Below are positions 40,130 through 48,770 of a stretch of DNA of 60,477 bases, piece after piece. Under the pieces are notes generated by a model, which was not told where the DNA came from, did not search any database, and worked only from the letters and a program-made list of their open reading frames with translations. Positions within the stretch are counted from its first letter, which is position 1. Each line of letters begins with the position of its first letter. The DNA is from Lentisphaerae bacterium RIFOXYA12_FULL_48_11 (GTDB taxonomy: Bacteria > Verrucomicrobiota > Kiritimatiellia > UBA8416 > YA12-FULL-48-11): positions 1 through 60,477 of the forward strand of contig MHBM01000050.1 of the NCBI GenBank assembly GCA_001804885.1, in the 5' to 3' direction. The translations under genes were made by a program, and so were the position numbers.

Positions 40130-40332
40130 AAATCATATTATAGCAGTCCAGATGCCATAAAGAGGAAGCGCGCGCAGGCATCGATGTATTTCGGCTGTGG
40201 AGGGCGGCTACAAAACAGAAAAAAGCCGTTTTCTTCTGTGGCCGCGATCCGCGGACGCGGAAAATGGAGAATTAACCCGCATCTTTGAATTACACCCTTT
40301 ATTCTCCCTTGCCGGGGAGATTTATTCCTTTC

Positions 40333-40362
40333 TTGACAGTAATATGGTAATACAGTTATATT
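40333..40362 (+). promoter_or_regulatory. TA promoter with GTAATA-type repeats
   Basis: TTGACA-18-TATATT, 6 nt before ATG 40369; GTAATAT / GTAATAC / GTTATAT / CTAATAT repeats. Confidence 0.55.
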
Positions 40363-40368
40363 GCTAAT

Positions 40369-40659
40369 ATGAAAACGACGATAGATATTCCAGAAATGAT
40401 ATACCGCAAGGTTAAGGCAAAGAGCGCCATCGAAGGACGGCCAGTCCGGGATGTAGCCATCAAACTCTTCAGCGCTTGGGTGGATCAGAGCGATATGCCA
40501 GCGTATTTGGACAAAAAACCGTTCAAAACCGGGGATCAAAACCTCCCGACATGGTTTGCATCCCTACGCAAATATGCACATAATGCCAGCGGACAATACG
40601 ATATGGTCGCAATCCGCCGCAGTATCTCGCGGGGCCGAGCCAGGGAGGAATTAATATAG
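40369..40659 (+). CDS. RHH/CopG-like antitoxin
   Basis: MKTTIDIPEMIYRKVKAKSAIEGRPVRDV, upstream of and coupled to a PIN gene. Confidence 0.7.
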   Translation: MKTTIDIPEMIYRKVKAKSAIEGRPVRDVAIKLFSAWVDQSDMPAYLDKKPFKTGDQNLPTWFASLRKYAHNASGQYDMVAIRRSISRGRAREELI

Positions 40660-41060
40660 TGACGGCAGGCATGGACACCTCGGTTGTACTACGACTCTTG
40701 ATAGGCGAGCCGGCCGGTCAGGCTCGTACCGCCCTTGAGTGGCTGCGTAAAGCCAAAGCTTCTGGAACTGCGGCGGTCATTTCGGACTTGGTGATCAGCG
40801 AAGCCTATTTCGCACTTCAACATCACTTCGGCGTCTCCAAAGCGGAAGCACTGCGGCATCTTACGCTGTTACTGGCCAGTGGCGACGTCTCCGCCGATGG
40901 AGTCGTTGCCAAGGTTCTGGCTACACCAGGACTGGCAACAGCCAAGCCTGGCTTTGTGGACAGATTGATCCATGAGCAATATTTGCAAGGTGGCGCCTCC
41001 TGTATCGTCACTTTCGAAAAAGCGGCGCGCACACTGAAGAACGTCGAGATTCTTTTCTGA
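40659..41060 (+). CDS. PIN-domain toxin
   Basis: GMDTSVVLRLL, VISEAYFAL, GFVDRLI, IVTFEK. Confidence 0.8.
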   Translation: MTAGMDTSVVLRLLIGEPAGQARTALEWLRKAKASGTAAVISDLVISEAYFALQHHFGVSKAEALRHLTLLLASGDVSADGVVAKVLATPGLATAKPGFVDRLIHEQYLQGGASCIVTFEKAARTLKNVEILF

Positions 41061-41148
41061 TCTTCCGGAGTACTAGGATTTACTCTCATAAACGGATGTA
41101 TCCCTTTTCACTGTTGACTACGCCACCCGCGGCGCTTACCCTTTATTC

Positions 41149-41355
41149 ATGAAAATGATCCGGAAAAACTCACGAAATGCGATTACGTCGTCACGTCATT
41201 CTGCATGGAAAATCGCCGAAGAGCATGGAGTTGATATGTCGCTTATCGAAAACAACCTGCGGATATCGCCAATCAAGCGCATCATGAGACACGAAATGGC
41301 ACGACATGCGCTTATAATGCTCAGCACCGCCGGGAGAAACTTGAATGACCGGTAA
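41149..41355 (+). CDS. small protein coupled to a nucleotidyltransferase
   Basis: GVDMSLIENNLRISPIKRI; promoter TTGACT-17-TACCCT-6-ATG; overlaps the next gene by 11 nt. Confidence 0.55.
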   Translation: MKMIRKNSRNAITSSRHSAWKIAEEHGVDMSLIENNLRISPIKRIMRHEMARHALIMLSTAGRNLNDR

Positions 41356-41827
41356 TCTTATTGATATCCTTCATAGATTGTCGGTACACCATGTTGATTT
41401 TGTGATCATAGGCGGCTTCGCTGCCGTAACTCATGGAAGCACTCTTGTAACCCAGGATATTGATATTTGCTGTGAATTCTCTGAAACAAACCTCAAGAAA
41501 CTCCAAAAAGCCATTGAGGATCTTCATCCAGTTCATCGTTTGACTCCAAAACGTATTCCGCTTCAAATAACACCGGAATTTTGCAAGGGCCTTAATAATC
41601 TTTATCTTAATACCGACATTGGCATTCTCGATTGCCTGAGTTCTGTACTCGGTATCGGCAACTTTAAAAAGGTCAGGAAATGTAGCGTCACAATCAAGGG
41701 TATGAACAACCAGAAATTCAGGGTTCTATCACTTGATGCCTTGATTGTTGCCAAGAAAGCCATGGGGCGTGCCAAAGACAAGGAGACAGTTATTCAGCTG
41801 CAGGCCATCCTTGATAAAAAATCTTAG
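41345..41827 (+). CDS. minimal nucleotidyltransferase (Pol beta superfamily)
   Basis: FVIIGGFAAVTHG, TQDIDI, LIVAKKAMGRAKD. Confidence 0.8.
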   Translation: MTGNLIDILHRLSVHHVDFVIIGGFAAVTHGSTLVTQDIDICCEFSETNLKKLQKAIEDLHPVHRLTPKRIPLQITPEFCKGLNNLYLNTDIGILDCLSSVLGIGNFKKVRKCSVTIKGMNNQKFRVLSLDALIVAKKAMGRAKDKETVIQLQAILDKKS

Positions 41828-41892
41828 AGGCAACCCATAAGCCCGTCATAACGTGACACGGGCAATTCATTGGTCACCTTGAGTCTATTGTC

Positions 41893-41954
41893 CTCTTCTC
41901 ACATACACTCTCTACAGCCCGGGAAATCTGATCCCAAGGCGGCGTCAGAGTGAC
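41893..41954 (+). repeat. 62-bp direct repeat, copy 1
   Basis: 48/62 identical to 43293-43354 without gaps; can fold into a stem-loop with a TCTGA loop. Confidence 0.75.
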
Positions 41955-41987
41955 AAAACGTAGTCAAAACAGGCTGAAAAAGGTTCT

Positions 41988-43148
41988 TTACACAGGGGAG
42001 ATATCCTGCAATAGACGGTTAATTGAGACTGCTCGTATCTTCTCCGAAAGTGGAAATGTCTTCTCACCGGCATGTATGATATCCAGGCTTGTCAAATGAA
42101 GATCAACCATCGCATGTCGCATGGAAGGTGTTATGTCCGGCATACTGGTTCGCTTTATCTCAAATCCATATTTTTTTCCGCCTCGAACAATCAGCAGATC
42201 CAGCTCTGCACCGTTATGCGTGGCCCAGAAGTAACACTCATCAGGAGTTACACCAAGGATTCTTGCAACCTGATCAAGAATAAAGCCCTCCCAGGATGCT
42301 CCAAGTTTAGGATGTGACTCAATATCATTCTTTTCGCGCAGATTAAGTAAAGCATGTAAAATACCGCTGTCACCGATATATATTTTGGGGGCCTTTACCT
42401 GACGCTTTGACAGATTCTCATGCCATGGTTGCAGCTGCCTCACCACCAAAGCAGAGGCAAGATGATCCAAATAACTTCTTACTGTGTTATCTGAAACACC
42501 GAATGAACGCGCAAATTCTGAGGCATTCCATGTCTGTCCGTGATAGTGAGCCAACATCGTCCAAAAACGCCGCATTGTATGCGAACTCACACTAATACCC
42601 AACTGTGGAAGGTCCTTCTCAAGGAATGTACGGATATATCCTGTCCGCCACTCAAAACTTTCTGTTTGTGATTTTGCAAGAAATGAACGAGGCAATCCGC
42701 CACGCAACCAGAGCTTTGTTACTTCTCTTGCACCCGCCTCCTCTAGCGAGAAACCATTCAGTTCATGGTAAAATATTCGACCCGCTAATGTTTCAGAACT
42801 CTGCCTGAGCAGTTCAGGAGATGCACTACCAAGAATCAGAAAACGTGCCGGATTCGGCGACCGGTCAACTAAAACCCTGAGTACTTTAAAAATATCCGGA
42901 TAACGTTGAATCTCATCGATTACAATTGTTCCTTTTAGATCCTTTAACGCTACCATAGGATCAGTCAGACGGGCATAGTCTTCAGGGTTCTCAAGATCAA
43001 AGATATAAGAGTTTCCAGGCAAGTTTCTGACACAATCCTGCGCAAGCGTTGTTTTACCAACCTGTCGCGCGCCAAGAAGTCCCACCACGCGATGCCTCTG
43101 TAGAAGACCCTTTACTTCATGTAATTCCCTGGTTCGCTTGATTGTCAT
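41988..43148 (-). CDS. AAA_14 + DUF4143 ATPase (copy 3)
   Basis: GARQVGKT, IVIDEIQ, LGSAS, LAGR, HTH-like NASEFARSFGVSDNTVRSY, DSGIL, ELDLL...FEIK. Start reset to ATG 43148. Confidence 0.9.
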   Translation of the reverse strand: MTIKRTRELHEVKGLLQRHRVVGLLGARQVGKTTLAQDCVRNLPGNSYIFDLENPEDYARLTDPMVALKDLKGTIVIDEIQRYPDIFKVLRVLVDRSPNPARFLILGSASPELLRQSSETLAGRIFYHELNGFSLEEAGAREVTKLWLRGGLPRSFLAKSQTESFEWRTGYIRTFLEKDLPQLGISVSSHTMRRFWTMLAHYHGQTWNASEFARSFGVSDNTVRSYLDHLASALVVRQLQPWHENLSKRQVKAPKIYIGDSGILHALLNLREKNDIESHPKLGASWEGFILDQVARILGVTPDECYFWATHNGAELDLLIVRGGKKYGFEIKRTSMPDITPSMRHAMVDLHLTSLDIIHAGEKTFPLSEKIRAVSINRLLQDISPV

Positions 43149-43156
43149 AGAAAACA

Positions 43157-43201
43157 CATACCATGAAATATCGAAGGTGTCTATCGATATTTCATGGTAT
43201 G
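43157..43201. promoter_or_regulatory. perfect 18-bp inverted repeat (operator-like) upstream of ATPase copy 3
   Basis: CATACCATGAAATATCGA - 9 nt - TCGATATTTCATGGTATG. Confidence 0.65.
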
Positions 43202-43292
43202 TACAACATACGCCTTGCATCTCCTGTTGAGCCAGGCTTTGGCTGCAATACAGGAATTACGTAGCTTTCCGCAAAGCATACGATCTATCGCT

Positions 43293-43354
43293 CTCTTCTC
43301 ACGTACACTATCTGCGGCTTAGGGAGTCTGAATCCGAAGCGGCGCCAGAGTGAC
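43293..43354 (+). repeat. 62-bp direct repeat, copy 2
   Basis: Matches 41893-41954. Confidence 0.75.
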
Positions 43355-43455
43355 CAGGAAGAAACAACCATCAGGATGACAAGCAATATATACACAATCT
43401 TCTCCACAACGAATGTTTCGCAGACTTTTCAGCAAAATTTAACCGGCAAACAATC

Positions 43456-44046
43456 TTACGCTACCGCCTGTATTCCCATCCGGGATGCAGCCAATGCAAC
43501 AGCCCTGTCTGCATTCGATGACTCTCCCCCGCCCATCGCCGCCCTTCCTATAATCCGCGCCTTCATTGCCGTGGCTTCCGGCGTAGCTTCCGTACTAAGA
43601 TCAACTGTCACGGAACCACCCACCGCATAAGCCCTGCCATCAGGACCCATCTGGTAATTAAATGAAGGCCCACCTATCGCATAGCGACCTAATAAAGCTA
43701 TATGCGCCTGTTCATGCGACCTGACTTCGCGATCCCGTGCCTCAAGTTCAGATATCATCTGCCGGCCAGATTTATCCGAACCATCTGGTTGTTCACGAGC
43801 GCCCAGCAATATATCCTCCTCCGTGTATATACCGGCAGATTCTTCCGCTTCACCATTCAGAAGAACAACATCACCTTCCGGATAACCTCGATCTTCGGAA
43901 GTACGCCCAGTATGACTAATACCTTGCCCAGGGAAAGAAAGGAGAGGATCAGAGCCAATATTCGAAACACCAATCATGTATAAATCTTCGGCATAAGAGG
44001 AAGAAAACTTAAACAAAAGATTCCAGGCCCCTACCCCTATTTCCAT
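43456..44046 (-). CDS. SprA-related (CJM1_0395-like) family protein
   Basis: DREVRSHEQAH, YQMGPDGRAYAVGGSV, AMKARII, SNADRAVA. The start may be ATG 43977. Confidence 0.8.
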   Translation of the reverse strand: MEIGVGAWNLLFKFSSSYAEDLYMIGVSNIGSDPLLSFPGQGISHTGRTSEDRGYPEGDVVLLNGEAEESAGIYTEEDILLGAREQPDGSDKSGRQMISELEARDREVRSHEQAHIALLGRYAIGGPSFNYQMGPDGRAYAVGGSVTVDLSTEATPEATAMKARIIGRAAMGGGESSNADRAVALAASRMGIQAVA

Positions 44047-44143
44047 GCTTGGATACGTAAGCTGTGCTGACTATCTGGTTTCGGCCAGAATAGACTCAAG
44101 ATCAGCAAGATAAGATATGTAACCACAGATGGATACACCATCG

Positions 44144-44301
44144 TTTGGTCGCACATTTTATCTTTGAAATGCCAAAATTGGTTAAAAAGTTACTATTGTG
44201 ACAAATGTTACAGTAGTTACAGAAATGCTTGAAATTCCTAGAAAACCTGCGCTTGTATCGGCGTTTTACGAAGCATGTCACGCTGGAGACTCTGCGAAGG
44301 C
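44144..44301 (+). repeat. att-arm-like direct repeat, copy A
   Basis: Aligns with 48786-48951 (shared GTTACAGAAATGCTTGAAATTC, AGAAAACCTGCG, TTGTATCGGCGTTTTA, GCATGTCACGC, CTCTGCGAAGG). Confidence 0.85.
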
Positions 44302-44356
44302 TGTCAGCTAATAATAAACTTGACTTTACATTACTCGTCTTTATATAAAGTAGGCT

Positions 44357-45601
44357 ATGTTTTCACGATGGAAAACTCGTTTGTTGGCAGAGAAGCTCAA
44401 AAAGCCTTACGTGCATATTCTGTTTGGAGCGCGTCAGACCGGTAAATCAACTTTGCTGAAGACTTTGATCCCCAAACCTGATCTTTTCATTGATCTTTCC
44501 AACCCGGAAGAGCGTTCTCGCTATCTCGCAAGGCCCGGAGATCTTGTTGCTGAATGCCGGGCCCTTAGTCCTGCCGGAAGAACTCCCCCGTTGGTATTTA
44601 TTGATGAAGTTCAGGCGGTGCCCGAAATGTTCAATGCCGTTCAAAACCTTTATGATGGAGACAAGCACGGCTGGCGGTTTATACTGTGCGGCAGTTCTGC
44701 CCGTAAACTGCGTCAAACAGGGGCAAACATGCTGCCGGGTCGGTCAATGTTACATCGACTTTATCCGTTGACCCTGGCGGAACATCCATCAACCGAACAT
44801 GTGGCACCAAATATAGAATCACCGTTGCCTTTTCCATGGGATAAAAAAGAGAAGAACCCTCGTCCTTTCCCTGCATGGGATTTATTTACCCGCTTGACGT
44901 ATGGAGAACTACCAGGGATTGTGACAGCAGATAAAGAGGACAGGGCCGGCCTTCTCAAGTCTTATGCAATCATACACCTTGAAGAGGAAATTCGCAGGGA
45001 AGCACTGATAAAGGACTGGGGTGCTTTTACCCGTTTTCTGCAACTTGCAGCCATGGAATCCGGCACTTTATTGAATTATGCAAACATCTCGCAGCATGTT
45101 GGAGTATCTCAGCCGACAATCAAGTCCTATTACCAGCTTCTTGAAGACATGTTCGTTGGCTTCAGCGTGCCCGCTTTCTCAAAAAGCCCGAGAAAGAATC
45201 TTTTGTCTACACCGAAATTCTTTTTTTTCGATACGGGGGTTCGCCATGCTGCAGCAAGACTCGAGATTACCCAGGAAATTGTTAAAGCTAATCCTGGCCC
45301 AGTCTTTGAACAATGGGTTGGAACGGAACTTTGGAAACGACTCCAATATTCCGGAGGGACTTTATACCATCTGCGTACCAAAGATGGTGCCGAGATTGAC
45401 TTCATTGTCGAACACAAAGGGCGATATGTCCCAGTGGAAGTCAAATGGACGGAGCATCCGTCTCTGTCTGATGCCCGGCATATATTGAGATTTCTGGATG
45501 AATCTCCGGATAGAAAAAGCAAGGGATACATAATATGCCGTTGCTCTAAACCTATGTTACTGCATGACAGAGTCATGGCGTTACCGTGGTTTCACTTGTA
45601 A
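44357..45601 (+). CDS. AAA_14 + DUF4143 ATPase (copy 4)
   Basis: GARQTGKS, VFIDEVQ, CGSS, LPGR, FFDTGV, FEQWV, EIDF...VEVK. Confidence 0.9.
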   Translation: MFSRWKTRLLAEKLKKPYVHILFGARQTGKSTLLKTLIPKPDLFIDLSNPEERSRYLARPGDLVAECRALSPAGRTPPLVFIDEVQAVPEMFNAVQNLYDGDKHGWRFILCGSSARKLRQTGANMLPGRSMLHRLYPLTLAEHPSTEHVAPNIESPLPFPWDKKEKNPRPFPAWDLFTRLTYGELPGIVTADKEDRAGLLKSYAIIHLEEEIRREALIKDWGAFTRFLQLAAMESGTLLNYANISQHVGVSQPTIKSYYQLLEDMFVGFSVPAFSKSPRKNLLSTPKFFFFDTGVRHAAARLEITQEIVKANPGPVFEQWVGTELWKRLQYSGGTLYHLRTKDGAEIDFIVEHKGRYVPVEVKWTEHPSLSDARHILRFLDESPDRKSKGYIICRCSKPMLLHDRVMALPWFHL

Positions 45602-45626
45602 TAACCCTCAAATTCATGCAGGACAT

Positions 45627-45720
45627 AGAAATGCTTGAAATTCCTAGAAAACCTGCGATTGTATCGGCGTTTTACGAAACATGGGGCAGCATGTCACGCC
45701 GTAGGCTCTGCGAAGGTGGA
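45627..45720 (+). repeat. att-arm-like direct repeat, copy B (right half)
   Basis: AGAAATGCTTGAAATTCCTAGAAAACCTGCGATTGTATCGGCGTTTTACGAAACATGGGGCAGCATGTCACGCC...GCGAAGG. Confidence 0.9.
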
Positions 45721-46043
45721 TATATATATCGGAATCCTGTCGGGTGTTGGTTGTTTAGCGGGGTAGAATTTGCTTTGCGTTTAACGACCTTGTTTTCCGA
45801 TGCAATACCGATACGCCTCTTATTGCTTAACTCTTTCAGTTTTGTCGAGATTGTTCCAAATGAAAACGCCAATCGTTGTGCAATAGTTTCGTTTGTAATG
45901 GTTGTAAAGCGTTTCGCCGAACCAATATCCTGTTCAACTATCTTGTAGACGACCTTGGATTCTAATGAAATCGTTTTATCCGCAAGCAGTTCATCAGATA
46001 ATAATATACCCTCAGTTTCATCATCAGCAGAAACAACAGGCAA
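45672..46043 (-). pseudogene. winged-HTH protein (phage/plasmid replication-initiator-like N-terminus), probably truncated
   Basis: SLESKVVY...TNETIAQRLAFSFGTISTKLKEL HTH pattern; the 3' end runs into repeat copy B. Confidence 0.5.
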
Positions 46044-46271
46044 ATATCCTTTAGAAATTGCTAATTGCCCATTGAGTAAGACCGTTTATTTGATTCGGAA
46101 TACAGGATAAAGCAAGATTGATTAAATTTTAAAATGAATTGTCCTTCACCTGACAGATCGTGTAAGAGTGAATCCTTGACCCTGCTTTATCAATTATTAT
46201 AGTGGTTCCGAATTAATGCTTGGGATATCGTTAAGAAATTTATCCGAATAATACTTCAATGGAATGAATAA

Positions 46272-46556
46272 ATGAATATATGGCTACTGAGCAGTTTAAA
46301 CGCAGCAATAACTCGTCATATTAAAATTATTGAGATGATTGGTGTGCTGATGAGGATCTTCAGCTTCACTCTGGTAAGTTGGTTTGGCCCCAAAAGCCCC
46401 TTTCTCTTTATCTGGGCAGTCAATACAACAGATGCGGTATTACTCTCGTGGTGTGCAATAATCAAGAAAGACCCGGCTTACACAGTCCTCAATGTCTTCT
46501 GGATTGGGGTTGGTATCGTTGGAATGATTAGAGCGGTTGGGTTTTCGCATCTATAA
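46272..46556 (+). CDS. small membrane protein (CBU_0592-like)
   Basis: About three hydrophobic segments, ending DPAYTVLNVFWIGVGIVGMIR. Confidence 0.5.
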   Translation: MNIWLLSSLNAAITRHIKIIEMIGVLMRIFSFTLVSWFGPKSPFLFIWAVNTTDAVLLSWCAIIKKDPAYTVLNVFWIGVGIVGMIRAVGFSHL

Positions 46557-46848
46557 GTTTACAGTATTTTCAACCCCTCCCTCTCCTCAAGCTCAAGTAT
46601 GCCGTTAGAATTGCCGGGATAGAATTCATGCCCAACTAATGACAGGAAAATATTCTGCGAGATACATCTAGCTAATTTAACGGGAATAGCGGAATGTCTG
46701 AAGAAAGAGCGGAAGTTAGCATTTCCAAAACGGGCATTTAAATCCCCCCTTTAAATTGAAGGCATCAGTAACGACAGTAGGGTTTTACCCCATAGCATAG
46801 ATTTTAACCCATCGTATAAACTGTTTAAGCAAATAGAATAATGACTCA

Positions 46849-47274
46849 ATGACAAATACAATTATAGAAACGAACATTCCAACGTTTGAGGAGTTTCAAA
46901 AGCGGTGGCTAAAAGAAATGGAATCGCTCTCAATGAAACTCGCCAGGAATTCAGAAGCGTTCTCTATAGAAATGGAGCATTATCCTCAGACATTCCTCAA
47001 GACCTACAATATTCGAGGGAAAGATCGGCAGAACTTCCTAAAAGCCGCACTAGATTTTGTTATCGAAATGAAACAACTGTCAGAAGCAAATGTTCTGCAA
47101 AGGAATAAGAAGCTATGGGACAAGATAGGGATAGCACATGAGACAATAAATCGAGTTGCTGAACATCATAACATCCCAATGAACAAAAACGGAATGGCAG
47201 GATTTGTTGGATACTTGTTTCTGATGCTAAATCGGTTTCCAGATACCTTTGCCAAATTTTACCACATTAAATAG
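46849..47274 (+). CDS. hypothetical protein
   Basis: 141-aa ORF in an AT-rich segment; no motif recognised. Confidence 0.5.
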   Translation: MTNTIIETNIPTFEEFQKRWLKEMESLSMKLARNSEAFSIEMEHYPQTFLKTYNIRGKDRQNFLKAALDFVIEMKQLSEANVLQRNKKLWDKIGIAHETINRVAEHHNIPMNKNGMAGFVGYLFLMLNRFPDTFAKFYHIK

Positions 47275-47332
47275 AATTCTCCTGGAAGCAATTGGGTGGA
47301 TACTAACACCTTCTTGTTAGCATCTTGTTTCC

Positions 47333-47369
47333 AAATCCGTGGCATTTTGGTGGCACATTTTGTCTTTGA
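47333..47369 (+). repeat. att-arm-like direct repeat, copy C (left part)
   Basis: AAATCCGTGGCATTTTGGTGGCACATTTTGTCTTTGA, one mismatch to 48772-48808. Confidence 0.85.
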
Positions 47370-47420
47370 GGTGGTCAAAAAACAACCTAGTCATACCCTC
47401 AACCTTTTATAACTCTACCT

Positions 47421-48701
47421 CTAATTGGTTATTGTTACACCAGCGTCATAATAGAATTCCACTGGAAGTATATTTGTATTCCACACCTTGATAGCTGTCA
47501 GCATGTTATTTACTGCATTAACATAACTCAGGTTTGAGCATGTGGATAAATCTAAAACACCTGTTATACTATTGTTGAAACAGGATAGCTGGGTTAGCAT
47601 CCTACAATCTGTCACGTTAAGACTATTCAACATATTCTTATAACAGCCCAGTACGTTCAGATTCGTAAAACCAGCGAGGTCAAGACTCGTCAGATAATTA
47701 TCACCTACATTCAGATAGCTTAGATTTGTACATCCAGTCAAATGGAGATTCGTTAGACTATTATTAGTACACGACAAGCGGTTAAGATGTACGAAGCCAG
47801 ACAAATCGAGATTCGTCAGTCGGTTATCACTAAATTCTACATCATAAAGGTTCGTGCATCCGACCAGAGAGACATTCCTCAATGTATTTCCGTCACAATA
47901 AAGATAAGTCAGATTTGTATGTCCAGACAGGTCGAGATTTGTAAGGCTATTAGTCCAATTATGCTTACAGGATAAATAGTAGAGATTTGTACAGTCAGAT
48001 AGGTCAAGATATGACAATTGATTCGCATAACATTTAAGCCATTTAAGATTTATACAGCCAGTCAGGTCGAGATTTGTGAGTACAGGTGGATCGAAGCCTG
48101 TATGCTGATAATTACAGTCAAGATAGTATAGATTTGCAAAACCAGCCAGATTGATATTCGACAACAAGTTAACTTGACAGTCTAGATATCCTAGATTTGT
48201 TAATCCTGTTATGTCGAGATTTGTTAGTTGATTAAACCTGCAAATCAAAGAATACAAACTATTGAATTCAGTTATCCCTGTCAAATTGGAGACACCAGAA
48301 ACATCCAGAGTGAGATTAGTCAACGTTATAATATCTATGTCATATATCTGATTCGTTGGATAATACTTCACCTCAAGGTTGGCACGTATACCTTTATCAA
48401 AATTCTTGTCAGCAAAAGTTAATGCCCTTACTTCTCTGATACGGTAATAACAACTATCAGAAACATTACTCACTGAATGCAGATTTGTAGCAACAACCTG
48501 ATCAACATACTGCCACGTACCGGTTAACAATGATACTCTTTGTTGGACAATGTAGTTTGTTGTTACATGAGTCCACGATAGGTCAACTGTACCCGTTGAT
48601 GATATTGTAAAATTGCTTATCTGTAATTGACAGAAAGTTGCCTCACCCATTAAGAGGAGAGAGGCTATAACAGCGATGATCTTCGGAATGCTTACTTTCA
48701 T
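47421..48701 (-). CDS. secreted leucine-rich repeat protein
   Basis: Signal peptide; about a dozen LTNLDLSG(C/F)TNL..L.C..N repeats; the N-terminal region ends in CYYRIREV. Confidence 0.85.
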   Translation of the reverse strand: MKVSIPKIIAVIASLLLMGEATFCQLQISNFTISSTGTVDLSWTHVTTNYIVQQRVSLLTGTWQYVDQVVATNLHSVSNVSDSCYYRIREVRALTFADKNFDKGIRANLEVKYYPTNQIYDIDIITLTNLTLDVSGVSNLTGITEFNSLYSLICRFNQLTNLDITGLTNLGYLDCQVNLLSNINLAGFANLYYLDCNYQHTGFDPPVLTNLDLTGCINLKWLKCYANQLSYLDLSDCTNLYYLSCKHNWTNSLTNLDLSGHTNLTYLYCDGNTLRNVSLVGCTNLYDVEFSDNRLTNLDLSGFVHLNRLSCTNNSLTNLHLTGCTNLSYLNVGDNYLTSLDLAGFTNLNVLGCYKNMLNSLNVTDCRMLTQLSCFNNSITGVLDLSTCSNLSYVNAVNNMLTAIKVWNTNILPVEFYYDAGVTITN

Positions 48702-48770
48702 AGTTTCCCGCCAGTTAAAATAATGTATCTTTTCTCGCTGTTAAACTCAAGTATGCTAACTTTTCGGTAG

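Noticed and set aside
40138-40539. 133-aa minus-strand ORF upstream of the radical SAM gene
   Set aside because: It overlaps the antitoxin gene and its promoter antisense; no motif.
46560-46760. Possible DNA-methyltransferase motif X remnant (GNA...PVKLA) on the minus strand
   Set aside because: The spacing does not fit, a stop lies immediately upstream, and no other methyltransferase motifs are present.
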